Positions 19,200 through 29,216 of a stretch of DNA of 55,816 nucleotides are shown piece by piece. Position 1 is the first letter of the stretch, and each line of letters begins with the position of its first letter. The DNA comes from a virus. Its lineage: Duplodnaviria > Caudoviricetes. Under the pieces are notes generated by a model that saw only the letters and a program-made list of their open reading frames with translations, searched no databases and was not told where the DNA came from. Made by a program: the position numbers and the translations under genes. The stretch is taken from the IMG/VR virus record IMGVR_UViG_3300048849_000180, positions 1 through 55,816 of that record, one strand, 5' to 3'.

Positions 19200-19519
19200 A
19201 AGCCTTTTCCAGCGCTTACTGTCGCTTTTTCGCCGTCTAGATTTTCTTCCGGGTAAAGCGAAATGATCAATGAACGGGTTTTAAGTAATGAGGCTTTATC
19301 ACCTGTCGAAAGAGAATACCCGCCTTCGGAAACATTACCAGACGTGCAAACAATCAAAATAAGCCAAGCAGCACAGATATCTAAGGCTTTAACGTTGTCC
19401 TGACTGTATAGTGAATTCCCATCAAGTCCGAACCGGGTTAAAGCGGCATCAAAACTACCCTCGTCGAGAGGATAGTTTATCATGCTTTGCAGGGCCTTTT
19501 TGATCGTTTGAGTCCCCAT
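19193..19519 (-). CDS. Head-tail adaptor protein
   Basis: Follows the capsid gene; VSEGGYSLS motif. Confidence 0.7.
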   Translation of the reverse strand: MGTQTIKKALQSMINYPLDEGSFDAALTRFGLDGNSLYSQDNVKALDICAAWLILIVCTSGNVSEGGYSLSTGDKASLLKTRSLIISLYPEENLDGEKATVSAGKGLW

Positions 19520-19521
19520 CC

Positions 19522-20604
19522 TTAAACGTTTGTTTTTAGGTGGTAAATGCTTTCAACCGCCTCAAGACCTGGTACAGCGATACACTCGCCTGCAGTCTTT
19601 TCTGCCCATGGAGAACGCTCATGCCATTTGGAAATGAGGATCCTTTCAACAGTAGTATATTCTACGTTGTCGTTAGGCTCCATCTCCTCAATTGCAAAAG
19701 CATTATGGATAATACCAAGCTTACCAGCTGGGACAAAAACCAATGTCTCTTCGCTAAACGGCTTCAAGATCTTTTGCTTACCATCCTCCTCTGAACGAGA
19801 GATGGCATCAATAACCTGGAAGTTTGGCAGATCATTATCTGTCATGTACATGTTCAGGTTAGCTTCGGTAAATACCGCACGAGCGTTTGATCCAGGATTG
19901 AAATAGGCTTTCATCTCATCCAAGAACTCTTTGTTCTTTTTGATTTTGTTCCACAGGGTGCGGGATACCATGATCCTATCAATCTCATCACCGTTGCCGC
20001 GTGCTTTTTCGACAAGATCTTTGACGTTGGTGATGATTGGAGCCGTAGCGTCATCGATATTCTTTGAAGCTTCAACGATATTGTCTTCCAGAAACCCTAC
20101 CGGCACAACGTCAGTTACGATACCGTCCGGGTTGTTATCTACAGTCAGTTCCAGACCACCAGTTGAAAGCATTTGCAAGAACATGTAGTTGATACGAAAC
20201 TTTACAGCATCGGTAACATACTTCATGTCATCCAAAATGTATTTGGTGATTGCTTTCACCTTTTCAGCATCGCTCAAGGTCTTAATACCTTGAAGCATCC
20301 TGTAGTTACGATATTGCTTCTGCGTTAAGCTACGAGCAACCTTGATCGCTGGAACTTCGCCTTCAACTTTGTAAGCTGCAGAACGAGATCTTAGCGGGTG
20401 GTTGGAATCGATATCAACGACAGATGCCATTGATGCCAGCCTTTCTTTCCCGATTACCGTTGAAAAGTCTAATCCTACTGTAGGAGTAGCCCAATCCAGG
20501 TAATTGGTGTATAAAGGCTGAACCTTAGCTTTTTCGAGTGCCACAGCAAGTACACTCATGTTTTCCGTGTAGTCGCCGAATATGGACTTAAATTGTTCTG
20601 CCAT
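19522..20604 (-). CDS. Major capsid protein (lambda gpE-like family)
   Basis: 360 aa, follows scaffold and decoration genes; HK97-fold sequence style. Confidence 0.85.
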   Translation of the reverse strand: MAEQFKSIFGDYTENMSVLAVALEKAKVQPLYTNYLDWATPTVGLDFSTVIGKERLASMASVVDIDSNHPLRSRSAAYKVEGEVPAIKVARSLTQKQYRNYRMLQGIKTLSDAEKVKAITKYILDDMKYVTDAVKFRINYMFLQMLSTGGLELTVDNNPDGIVTDVVPVGFLEDNIVEASKNIDDATAPIITNVKDLVEKARGNGDEIDRIMVSRTLWNKIKKNKEFLDEMKAYFNPGSNARAVFTEANLNMYMTDNDLPNFQVIDAISRSEEDGKQKILKPFSEETLVFVPAGKLGIIHNAFAIEEMEPNDNVEYTTVERILISKWHERSPWAEKTAGECIAVPGLEAVESIYHLKTNV

Positions 20605-20611
20605 TTTCTAG

Positions 20612-21196
20612 TTATTTGCTTTGTGAAAAAATAATGAGCGGCAACAATGCTTTCACATCAGCCGATACCCCTGGAATTCTACGCGCGTACACCGTACCGC
20701 GTAATACAACTGTAATGGTCGCATTTGCTTCTATCAGAGTCGGCTCATATAGTGTTCCTGTTGGAGTAGCCGACAAAGCGGAATTGGTTGCACCTGTTGT
20801 AGATGATTGGAACAATGGAACACCAACCGCGGCCGCACCTAACGTAGTACCTACGGTTAGTGAATCATAGTTGGCGTTGCTTTTGTCGATTGCTGTGATA
20901 GGATAAGCTTTGCCTTTAAGGCCTAATGCGATGTTGTCACCAACACTTAATTGGCTTCCTTTGGCAACCCTGTACACCAGTGCGTCTGCAGCTGCTACTT
21001 CCACAACGTTGGCAGACTTTACAGCTTTAGCCTTGCGTGTTGAATCATCCGCGATGATCACCGTTCCGGCCGGAAGGATAGATCCAGCTACTAAACCGGT
21101 AGTTTCAAGCGTATAGCCACTTTGGGAAACCTCGTGGACTTGCTGATAAACCGGGATATCTCCGAACGTCTCCGTTTTCTTGAATTTTAAACCCAT
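20612..21196 (-). CDS. Head decoration protein
   Basis: LPAGTVI...G.LY...V.RG.VY motif, upstream of the major capsid gene. Confidence 0.7.
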   Translation of the reverse strand: MGLKFKKTETFGDIPVYQQVHEVSQSGYTLETTGLVAGSILPAGTVIIADDSTRKAKAVKSANVVEVAAADALVYRVAKGSQLSVGDNIALGLKGKAYPITAIDKSNANYDSLTVGTTLGAAAVGVPLFQSSTTGATNSALSATPTGTLYEPTLIEANATITVVLRGTVYARRIPGVSADVKALLPLIIFSQSK

Positions 21197-21206
21197 TTTT
21201 AGTTTT

Positions 21207-21860
21207 TTAAACTGTTTCTACTAAACCTTTTACAGCCTCTTCCATTTGCTTTGCAATGGCTGCTTTTGCAGCTGGGGTTCCGCTCGGTGCGCCTTCGCCA
21301 ATTATGACTTTGCCTTCCTTTACTTCGCCGTTCACTGCTAATTGTTTTGTTTCAGTCCAGTCAGTTACTAAGGCTGCAAGAGCAGTTTCCTGATCGTAGT
21401 TCTCCACCGACGTGTACACTGTTGCGTATTTGTCCAGGTACTTTTCAGGGATACCTTTTGCCTTTGCAGCAGCTTTGAAGTCGTTGATAGTTGATTTGCC
21501 TTTTTCACCAGCGAATTGAGTTTCCAGGGAAGTGATTTTGGTCATCAATCCTTTGGCCCATGCCGGCACGTTTTCGTCCTTACTGTCCTCTCCACCGTTT
21601 CCGCCTTGCTCAGCATCAGCTTTTGCTTTTGCGTCAGCCTCGTCCTTTGCTTTCTTGTTGTCCGCCTCACGTTGACGGTCGTCATTTTTAGCAATGTCCG
21701 CGAACGACATGAAATCGTTGTAGTCATTAAGCTTTTCGTCAATCTCGTCCTCGGTTGTGATTTTAGAAACCACATAGTCCGCGATCTTTTCTTTACGAGT
21801 CTTAGATAGGTTCACTCCTGGGAACAGCGCTCGCAGTCGTGCCAATACTTTGTCCTTCAT
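21207..21860 (-). CDS. Capsid scaffolding protein
   Basis: Charged coiled coil with VPAWAK motif; synteny. Confidence 0.7.
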   Translation of the reverse strand: MKDKVLARLRALFPGVNLSKTRKEKIADYVVSKITTEDEIDEKLNDYNDFMSFADIAKNDDRQREADNKKAKDEADAKAKADAEQGGNGGEDSKDENVPAWAKGLMTKITSLETQFAGEKGKSTINDFKAAAKAKGIPEKYLDKYATVYTSVENYDQETALAALVTDWTETKQLAVNGEVKEGKVIIGEGAPSGTPAAKAAIAKQMEEAVKGLVETV

Positions 21861-21984
21861 GTTTGTTTTTTAAGCTTTTTGAGAATAAGCCTAAAATTAA
21901 AGAGGATATTTTGCAGCGATTTTTTTTTAACCTTATCATTTGCAGTTGTTAAGGTTAAAGCTATATTAGAAAAAAATTTAACGC

Positions 21985-22359
21985 ATGGGACTAAAAGCCG
22001 ACTTCTCTTCATTTATAGCATTACAAAACAGAATTCAAGAAACAAAATCTAAAATTGATAGCTGGGAAAAGAGGGATATCGATGTTCGTGGTAAGGATAT
22101 ATCAATCGACGATGCAGAACATGTGTTGGATGCTAAGGCTATGATTAGCAAGGAAGAAAATGAACTTAAAAATTTAGAGCAGAAACTTGATAAGCTTAAA
22201 AAAGCAGTAACAACCAGTCTGTTAATTTTACGAGCCAATAGCGTTCAGATTTCATTGGACCATTTGGGTAATTTTAAGGTAAACGTGGACCACATAGAAA
22301 GTACTGATGAAGATGGTGATCCATTTACTGAACCCGAGTTAACATATACTAAATGCTAA
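21985..22359 (+). CDS. Hypothetical coiled-coil protein (moron in the head module)
   Basis: AT-rich 124 aa ORF opposite to the head genes. Confidence 0.65.
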   Translation: MGLKADFSSFIALQNRIQETKSKIDSWEKRDIDVRGKDISIDDAEHVLDAKAMISKEENELKNLEQKLDKLKKAVTTSLLILRANSVQISLDHLGNFKVNVDHIESTDEDGDPFTEPELTYTKC

Positions 22360-23389
22360 CTTTATTATCAGTTACCCAGTCCGGCTTCCGTTTCCAATTG
22401 TCCATAGATCCTTTTTTATCCTCGACATACTTCTCAAACTGATCAGGCAGCGCTTTTACTTCGCCCTGGAAACTGTACTTACCAGCAGTTCCTTTTAAAA
22501 TAGCCTCTTCGTATTTGTCATAATCTTCTGGACTTGCAAGTTTCGGAGTACAGTTACACATGCACTGGACATGCCAGGCCCGCCAAACGAACGTCTTCGG
22601 GTACGTTCCGGTTAGTGAATCGCAAATATCAAATCGCGGGTGATTGTTGGATAGATTCACGTTGTAGCCCAAAATGAAAGGAAGAGTTTGGTATCGAACC
22701 ATGTCCGCCTGCCTGTAGGTATCATTGATCGTATGCCTGGTCAGGCGCATCGCGTTCCGGTAGCTGGATCGGTATACACCGCGTCCGGGCTTGTATGCCT
22801 TTGCGGCTTTGGATAGCTGCAGTCTTCCTTTCGCATCTTTAACGCGGCGAAAGAGCTTGTGGGGATTCTGCAAGTATTTCATGTGATCCCGGGCCATTTC
22901 TGCAGCAGATTTACCCTCACTTAAGCCAGCAAACAAGTTTTGCTCGATTTCAGAGCGAAACTGGTCGGTATACCTCCATACTCTATCAGAAAGTTTCATA
23001 CCTCCACTTGACCGATTTAGAAAAGACTCAAGCGCTTCCTCATGCGGGTCATAGATCATCTTGTTTACGGCATCCGAGATCTTCTTTTTTGCGTAGGAGG
23101 TATTAATAATCTCGGCATTCTTTTCGGTGGATAGCTCCCATTCACCCTTTACCCCATTGATGAGCGTCACGTTAACCTGTTCGCGAAAGTCAACAAGTAC
23201 CTTATCGATCTCTTTGCTTAGCTCTGGGTAATCGGATAACCTGAAGGTTTCCCGTTTAAGCTTTGCTTGAGCTGCCGCCTTGTAGATTTTCCCTACTGCA
23301 ATTTCATACTGTGCCTTAACCTTCTTTTGAAGCCTTTGAATGTTGGCCTGGTGCCGGGCTTCGTACCGTTTGTTTATCGAATCTGCCAT
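22349..23389 (-). CDS. Minor head / head morphogenesis protein (Mu gpF / SPP1 gp7-like)
   Basis: LSDRVW, ICDSLTG...WHVQCMC; follows the portal gene. Confidence 0.82.
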   Translation of the reverse strand: MADSINKRYEARHQANIQRLQKKVKAQYEIAVGKIYKAAAQAKLKRETFRLSDYPELSKEIDKVLVDFREQVNVTLINGVKGEWELSTEKNAEIINTSYAKKKISDAVNKMIYDPHEEALESFLNRSSGGMKLSDRVWRYTDQFRSEIEQNLFAGLSEGKSAAEMARDHMKYLQNPHKLFRRVKDAKGRLQLSKAAKAYKPGRGVYRSSYRNAMRLTRHTINDTYRQADMVRYQTLPFILGYNVNLSNNHPRFDICDSLTGTYPKTFVWRAWHVQCMCNCTPKLASPEDYDKYEEAILKGTAGKYSFQGEVKALPDQFEKYVEDKKGSMDNWKRKPDWVTDNKVSI

Positions 23390-23431
23390 AATTATGTAGA
23401 CAAGTGTGGTTGTTCACAATCTAGAGAGTAC

Positions 23432-23510
23432 AAAAAAACCGGCGGGAACCACTCCGCCGGCCAAACCATCCTATAAACCAAATAAGAACTATGAAAATTA
23501 TTTCCTGTGA
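23432..23510 (-). ncRNA. Candidate ~75 nt small RNA
   Basis: Minus-strand TTTG-N20-TATATTTG promoter (23515-23546) and CCGGCGG hairpin + U7 terminator (23432-23460), with no ORF between. Confidence 0.5.
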
Positions 23511-23535
23511 AACTCAAATATAATCAATTATACTT

Positions 23536-23556
23536 GATATGTCAAAATACCATATT
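23536..23556. promoter_or_regulatory. AATATG-N9-CATATT box 1
   Basis: GATATG-tcaaaatac-CATATT, over the -33 element. Confidence 0.7.
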
Positions 23557-24926
23557 TAGTCCTCCAAAGTGGATATACTCTCATCATTTAACTGCTTGTT
23601 TTCTGCATCAGCATCTTTGACCAGTGGGTTATGTTCAACTGCGGTTTTCTGGCTCATGATCGGTTTACCACCTGCAGCGGTGCTTAACATTTCAATCATG
23701 TCCTTTATGTTATCAGGAAGTGGATTGCCGAACTGGTACCCGATCTTGAGATTCTTGATTTCCGAGGCCATTTCCGGGCTAACGTCAATGATATTGGTAA
23801 TCATGGCTTTTATTATGCTTACTTCTCGATCAATCATTTCTTCAAAGACTTCAAGCTTATCCATAGCTTTTAAAATTGCGGGAAAGAACTTCATCTCAAG
23901 AGCCTTTCCGCTATCCTGTCCCAAGCTTTTTAGTTGTTCGGAAGATAAATCGGGAGTATCTGTGAAATATAGTATGTAATCGTTGAGTGTCGTCCTTTCG
24001 TCCTTAACCATGTCCACTGCCATTGACGGAGAGAGATACTCCGCACCGGCACCATCGCCAGATAGTTTCACAACCTTTCCCGTTTCTTCTTTGCCTGGAA
24101 GAGATTCTACCGTACCTGTGAGAACTAAAATTGCATCTGCCGTGTAGTCGTTGTTGTCAGATCGTTTGGATATAAGCATTTCAAGCCTCTCTATCAAAGC
24201 CTGGACGCTATCCCACTCGGTAAACTCTTGCTCGTAATAACTGTATCTGATCTTTTTAGCCAGATTTATTTCACTTTCTATTCGCCAATTTCCGTCTACT
24301 TTCTTGCAGCTGATCACTATATCAGAGAACTCTGCATCAAAGTGTTCAACAACCTGAGTACCATTCTTGGATGTGTACCCGCGCGCAATACATTGCATCA
24401 CGCCGTACTGGTCCTTTTTGTAGTAGATATCGTTCCCGTTCTCTTTGTTGAACAGTATGCATTTGATGCTGTTAAAACTGTCTGTTCCGGTTGCATTTGG
24501 GTCTTTATATTCAACAAATAATTTTGCAGATACTGTCTGTGAAAACACTGCCCTGGCGTTTTTACGGTTTAAGGTGTCCATCCGCATTTCGGCCCAAAGA
24601 TCTTCGACCTTCTTGAAGGCATTATCCGTTCCCTCACTCAGCTGGATGAGCTTAACTGGTTTACCAAACAGGAAGGCAACTGCTGATTGCACAATCTTAC
24701 GCTGGTATGGTAATGGAAGCTTGGCTTGTGGCACCTCTTCACTTTCGACGTACTTCTTCGGGCGATCGTGGATCTTGTGCGTTGCGACATTCCACTGTTT
24801 CCATGCTTCTTCAACCTTGTCTTTACGTGTCGAGAACAATGCGCGTGCTTCATCAACCAGACCGGCTAAGAGGAGTTCTCGAACGTTTGTTTTGTCGATA
24901 TCCTTGTTTAATACTATCTCATCCAT
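23556..24926 (-). CDS. Portal protein (SPP1 gp6-like)
   Basis: KIVQSAVAFLFGKPV, TDTPDLS, SGKAL motifs. Confidence 0.92.
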   Translation of the reverse strand: MDEIVLNKDIDKTNVRELLLAGLVDEARALFSTRKDKVEEAWKQWNVATHKIHDRPKKYVESEEVPQAKLPLPYQRKIVQSAVAFLFGKPVKLIQLSEGTDNAFKKVEDLWAEMRMDTLNRKNARAVFSQTVSAKLFVEYKDPNATGTDSFNSIKCILFNKENGNDIYYKKDQYGVMQCIARGYTSKNGTQVVEHFDAEFSDIVISCKKVDGNWRIESEINLAKKIRYSYYEQEFTEWDSVQALIERLEMLISKRSDNNDYTADAILVLTGTVESLPGKEETGKVVKLSGDGAGAEYLSPSMAVDMVKDERTTLNDYILYFTDTPDLSSEQLKSLGQDSGKALEMKFFPAILKAMDKLEVFEEMIDREVSIIKAMITNIIDVSPEMASEIKNLKIGYQFGNPLPDNIKDMIEMLSTAAGGKPIMSQKTAVEHNPLVKDADAENKQLNDESISTLED

Positions 24927-24933
24927 ATAATTC

Positions 24934-26391
24934 TTAATAAAATCCTAATTTCGATTTGCTCTGTGCGACTACTATTATGTTTTTTCCGAAGTTCTCAACC
25001 ATCGCGGTTAATGTATCTTGAGCGTCGTCGTGCTCATTGTTCCCTTGAGCCATATATTCCGTCACATCCTTATAGAATTTTGGCCATAGCTGATCCCAGC
25101 CATCCGGCATAAATATCATGTTGGTTACGTCGGCCGACTTGGTGTAGATACGGACCTCTTTATTCTCCGACTGGTGATAGGTTGAAAAGCGTGTCTTTGT
25201 GTTACCTAACATTCGGGTTCCCTTCTCTACATTTCTTGCGAAACCTTCACCACCATTGTTACTTTCTACGTTAGCATGTTGTACCGATTGTTTCATCATC
25301 TGCATAGCAGTTTTCGGCTCTGTTTTTACCATCGGGTCTTGAGTATAAATCACATCGGTGATATACATACCAGTATCTATTTCGTCATAAGTAATAGAAC
25401 AGAGAAAATCGGTACCCTTATCAGCTGTATCGATTTGTGCTTTCCTTGTTACCTTAGTGGTATATGGTAAAAACCCAGGTGTATAGGTCCTAAAAGGCTC
25501 ATAGAGCAATCCAACCTTTGACGTGGGGTTTTGCTGGTAGAGACATTCAAAGACATGTGTATTCCTGTTTTTCGTCTTGAGCAGCTTCTCTATGTTGTGC
25601 TTTTCCGGATAGAGAGCCTCACCTTCCTGCCGTGGATCATACTCGTTAGGCTCACCTACTTTAATGGCTGGGTAAATGATCACTTCCCAGTCATCAGCTT
25701 CTTGCTTCAGCAGGTATCCCGCAAGATCATCCGGATGCCAGCGTGTAAATACAAGCAGCTGCTGGCTATCGTTGTGAAGCCTTGAATCAGCTACTGTGTC
25801 GTACCAGTCTTGTACGTTTTCCCTGACCTTTGGCGACCAGGCGGACATGGCGTCCTTGTACAAGTCGTCCATGATCAGGATATCAACCGGCTCACCGGTA
25901 AGTGCACCACCTACGCCGACAGACTTTAAGCCGCCACGATGATCAAGCATCTCAAACTCGTCGCTTGTACGAGCATATCCATCTGAACCGTTCGAGAGCT
26001 TTGCATCTGGAAATAATTCCTGATAGCTAGGCTCGTCCATGATCCGCTGAATCTCCCGGTTGAACTTTCTAGCCTTCGAAGAGTTGTAACAGGCGATCGC
26101 TACCTTTTTATCAGGATTTTTGCCCAGCATGTAAGGCGGAAGCCTTCTAGTAGATCCTTCGGACTTACCATGCTGTGGCGGAACAAATACCATCAGCTTT
26201 TTGATTCTGCCTTCTGCAAAGTCATCCAGCTTCTGATAATAGGAATTATGGAACCATGTCGTTTGAAATTTATGGCTAAAGGTGTATTTCGTAAAATTAA
26301 GAACGGTCTTTTTGGCGGCACGTTTGAATTTCTCCTGTTCCGCTATCATTTGCTCAATCAAAAGCTCTCTTGATGGAGCGGGTATTGTCAT
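24934..26391 (-). CDS. terL: Terminase large subunit
   Basis: VPPQHGKSE (Walker A), ILIMDD (Walker B), TRWH, YQQNP, HDDAQD nuclease motif. Confidence 0.95.
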   Translation of the reverse strand: MTIPAPSRELLIEQMIAEQEKFKRAAKKTVLNFTKYTFSHKFQTTWFHNSYYQKLDDFAEGRIKKLMVFVPPQHGKSEGSTRRLPPYMLGKNPDKKVAIACYNSSKARKFNREIQRIMDEPSYQELFPDAKLSNGSDGYARTSDEFEMLDHRGGLKSVGVGGALTGEPVDILIMDDLYKDAMSAWSPKVRENVQDWYDTVADSRLHNDSQQLLVFTRWHPDDLAGYLLKQEADDWEVIIYPAIKVGEPNEYDPRQEGEALYPEKHNIEKLLKTKNRNTHVFECLYQQNPTSKVGLLYEPFRTYTPGFLPYTTKVTRKAQIDTADKGTDFLCSITYDEIDTGMYITDVIYTQDPMVKTEPKTAMQMMKQSVQHANVESNNGGEGFARNVEKGTRMLGNTKTRFSTYHQSENKEVRIYTKSADVTNMIFMPDGWDQLWPKFYKDVTEYMAQGNNEHDDAQDTLTAMVENFGKNIIVVAQSKSKLGFY

Positions 26392-26780
26392 TGCATTTTT
26401 TCCCTAAGTTCCTTGATCTTATTTTCAAGCTCTTCATCGGTAAGCTTCTCATAGCCCTTATTCAAGCTTTCGCCTTTGGTTGTATGGTCTACCTCGGATT
26501 TCTCAATATAGCCGCGAGTTTTACCTTTTGTTTTTAGAAAAAAGATGGTCGCAGTATCGCTTCCGTTGTTGATAGATGTCAACAACTTACTCTCGGCGAA
26601 GTCAATTAATGATTCCGTCTGGTCTTCTATGGCTTGCCTAAATTCCGGATCCGTATCCTTCCACAGATATACTGTTCGCCTGTCTACCTTCAGCGCTTTA
26701 GCTGTTTCCGAAATGTTTCCCGCTTTAGCCTTTAAGACTCTAATGAACTTTGCTAGGTCAGGTTTTTTATATGCCTCCAT
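26388..26780 (-). CDS. terS: Terminase small subunit
   Basis: N-terminal HTH, TATIFFLKTKGK.RGY motif; overlaps the terL start. Confidence 0.85.
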   Translation of the reverse strand: MEAYKKPDLAKFIRVLKAKAGNISETAKALKVDRRTVYLWKDTDPEFRQAIEDQTESLIDFAESKLLTSINNGSDTATIFFLKTKGKTRGYIEKSEVDHTTKGESLNKGYEKLTDEELENKIKELREKMQ

Positions 26781-26815
26781 TATCTATGATTAAAACGGTG
26801 ATGAGTTACTCACTC

Positions 26816-27607
26816 CTAACCTTCTGTTAAACCTATATCTTGCAGCTCGCTGCCTTGCTGCACTTGCTCTTCCGGTCCCGGCTCTGCCTGAACTGGATTT
26901 ACCATTTGATCCTGATGCCATGATTCTTTTCCTCTTACGCTTTTATTGATTGTTCTAAATTTCTTGATTATGAAGTCTTGGTAATGATCATTGAATTCGT
27001 ATAATTCCTTTGATTCCTCTATTACAAACTGCTCAATATTGCTGCTGGATCTTAGATTGGCAGATCCGTGAATGACGACGTAGTGGCCGCAATGCGTTTC
27101 GAATATGCATAGCTTGCAATGGGTGCTGGCTGCAGCTAGTTGAAATTTATTTTCCTTGTCAAGTTCTTTGTATAGGTATGGAACCAGGTTACCGCGCTCG
27201 TGCGAGTAGAAGTAATCTGAAACTATAAGATTCAGCTGATCTACGTATTCCCCATTTAAAAGTATAGCAAGGCTATCGACGTTATTTTCTGAAAGTGACA
27301 AAGTCGATATTGTCATCTTCTTTACATGTAAGTTATGTTCGACGATAAAAGCTTCGATAAAGTCACCGAAAATGAAGCTTCCGTTTACTATGATAAAGTA
27401 CCTGTGATCTTTCAATTTCTTGATATCGGTTGCAAGTTTTGCGGCGTTGCTGTACTTCAGGTTCTTTTCGGTGATCTCGTTTGATTTGGGTGGCTTAATG
27501 TACCTGGTTTTGAATTCCCGCTTAATATCCAGCACCCCAGAAAAGTCATCAAGGGAGAAGTCGGCAGCAAAATCGAAATTCGGCATATTTAAGGCTAGTT
27601 TCTTCAT
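26816..27607 (-). CDS. Phospholipase D-like (HKD) nuclease-fold protein
   Basis: THCKLCIF...HGSANLRSSSNIEQ. Confidence 0.65.
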   Translation of the reverse strand: MKKLALNMPNFDFAADFSLDDFSGVLDIKREFKTRYIKPPKSNEITEKNLKYSNAAKLATDIKKLKDHRYFIIVNGSFIFGDFIEAFIVEHNLHVKKMTISTLSLSENNVDSLAILLNGEYVDQLNLIVSDYFYSHERGNLVPYLYKELDKENKFQLAAASTHCKLCIFETHCGHYVVIHGSANLRSSSNIEQFVIEESKELYEFNDHYQDFIIKKFRTINKSVRGKESWHQDQMVNPVQAEPGPEEQVQQGSELQDIGLTEG

Positions 27608-27632
27608 AAAGTAAAATTACAAATTTATACTC

Positions 27633-27653
27633 ATTATGTTATATTAACATATT
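27633..27653. promoter_or_regulatory. AATATG-N9-CATATT box 2
   Basis: ATTATG-ttatattaa-CATATT upstream of the packaging operon. Confidence 0.7.
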
Positions 27654-27801
27654 TTCATCAAATTAGAAAGAGTTGACTGGGTATTCTGTTGAGAAAATTC
27701 GTGAAACCAGATACACGAGGTTTCCCGTTTCGGTAAACAGACAGCAGCGGTCTACATTGAATTGATCTGCTTGAAATTATATTGCCACAAAACCATAACC
27801 T

Positions 27802-28575
27802 ATGAACAAATCTTATTTTCGCTTTCTTATTGCGGCGGCCGTGTCGTGTACGATCATCAGCTGCTCCAAAGATGACAAATCAACATTGGATACTCAGGCA
27901 GAAATGGCCGTGAGCCGCGCAAACTCAAATCCTTTTACAACCCAGTTTACAAAAGAGGCCGCAGTTGGTGTCGAGCCTACCCCTACTATCTATGCTCCTG
28001 CGGTTCCGGATAATGCCTATAGCGAACCCGTGAGCCCATCGGTTAACATCCTGACTCCCACAAATGAATACATCAACGAAACGTGCAAATTTGACTTTTC
28101 ACATCTGCCAACTGGAACAACGTACACCCAGGTCAACAACAAGAACCTGAATATGGCATTTATAGGCTCTACTGTAATGAGAATGAAACCTATTATGGAT
28201 CCTTTCGGCTGGTCGGCGCACTGGGGCTACTCTCCAAACGTTGAGAATGAGGTGCCGGAAGTTTTGTTCTGCAGCAATAGTGAAATAGTGTTGCTGGTAC
28301 TTTCAAAGCCTGTTACTGAATTTGGTTTTGAGATCGCACCAAATCAGCAGAATATCGATTTCATTTTTAGTGCATATGCAGGTAACTACCGGTATGATGA
28401 CTCAAAAGGCCATCCTGCTGTTACAGTGAAAACACCGTCAGGCGCAAAGTTGCTTGCAGTTAAATCCACCAAGCCGTTTACAGTACTGACTATTAACCAA
28501 ACTCGTACAAGTAGCACGGATCCGCATGCCGGAGGTTTTGCTATGGCAAACATCCGGTATAAGCTTGCAAAATAA
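27802..28575 (+). CDS. Lipoprotein (moron)
   Basis: Signal peptide ...CTIISC followed by SKDDK (Bacteroidota surface-export-like signal); own terminator. Confidence 0.8.
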   Translation: MNKSYFRFLIAAAVSCTIISCSKDDKSTLDTQAEMAVSRANSNPFTTQFTKEAAVGVEPTPTIYAPAVPDNAYSEPVSPSVNILTPTNEYINETCKFDFSHLPTGTTYTQVNNKNLNMAFIGSTVMRMKPIMDPFGWSAHWGYSPNVENEVPEVLFCSNSEIVLLVLSKPVTEFGFEIAPNQQNIDFIFSAYAGNYRYDDSKGHPAVTVKTPSGAKLLAVKSTKPFTVLTINQTRTSSTDPHAGGFAMANIRYKLAK

Positions 28576-28597
28576 TTACTGAATCGATGAAAACAAG

Positions 28598-28626
28598 AAA
28601 AGCCCCGGAAATATCTGGGGCTTTTT
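28598..28626. terminator. Bidirectional intrinsic terminator
   Basis: AAAAGCCCCGG-aaatat-CTGGGGCTTTTT. Confidence 0.85.
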
Positions 28627-28658
28627 GTTCTATAATACTTCGGTATTAGTTATGAGTA

Positions 28659-28982
28659 TTACAGGTTAAGGCCGGTGCATATTCGTTCCTGTTCGCGTCT
28701 ATCGTTAATCAACCCGTTGATCCTTGTGTTTTCAGGCTTTGGATCATTACCAGCACTCAGGTACTGGACCTTGTTTGAAAACACCACCTGATTTTCAGGC
28801 AAGACGAAATTCAATAGGTCATACGCTGGAGCGTGAAACGTGAAAGCGGCAACAGAAGTTGCTGGCTTCAACGTGTAATCCTTGGTTTCTTTTCGATAAT
28901 CAGCGGCTCGTGCCGTGACCAACGTGCATGATAGCATTACTCCAAGTAATCCTACTGCAATGAATTTTAAACGATTCGACAT
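28659..28982 (-). CDS. Hypothetical secreted protein
   Basis: N-terminal signal-peptide-like segment. Confidence 0.6.
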   Translation of the reverse strand: MSNRLKFIAVGLLGVMLSCTLVTARAADYRKETKDYTLKPATSVAAFTFHAPAYDLLNFVLPENQVVFSNKVQYLSAGNDPKPENTRINGLINDRREQERICTGLNL

Positions 28983-29017
28983 ATTTCAGTTTTAGTGAAA
29001 TCAAATTTTAGAACTCC

Positions 29018-29215
29018 CTACTTCCCGTGGTGGTGTAGGACATCATCAATTGCGCTCTGAAGATCCGCGACCACCTCGTTGCTGTGTTCGCCGCCAATGG
29101 TGATGATCACGCGCGGATGGGTTGTCATTACGTCAGTATGAACTTCACTGTTCGCGAATGCCTGACTTTGTTTTTCCCGGTCGGCCGGGTACTTTGGTTT
29201 AATTTGATTTGCCAT
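29018..29215 (-). CDS. Hypothetical protein
   Basis: 65 aa ORF in operon context. Confidence 0.55.
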   Translation of the reverse strand: MANQIKPKYPADREKQSQAFANSEVHTDVMTTHPRVIITIGGEHSNEVVADLQSAIDDVLHHHGK

Positions 29216-29216
29216 A

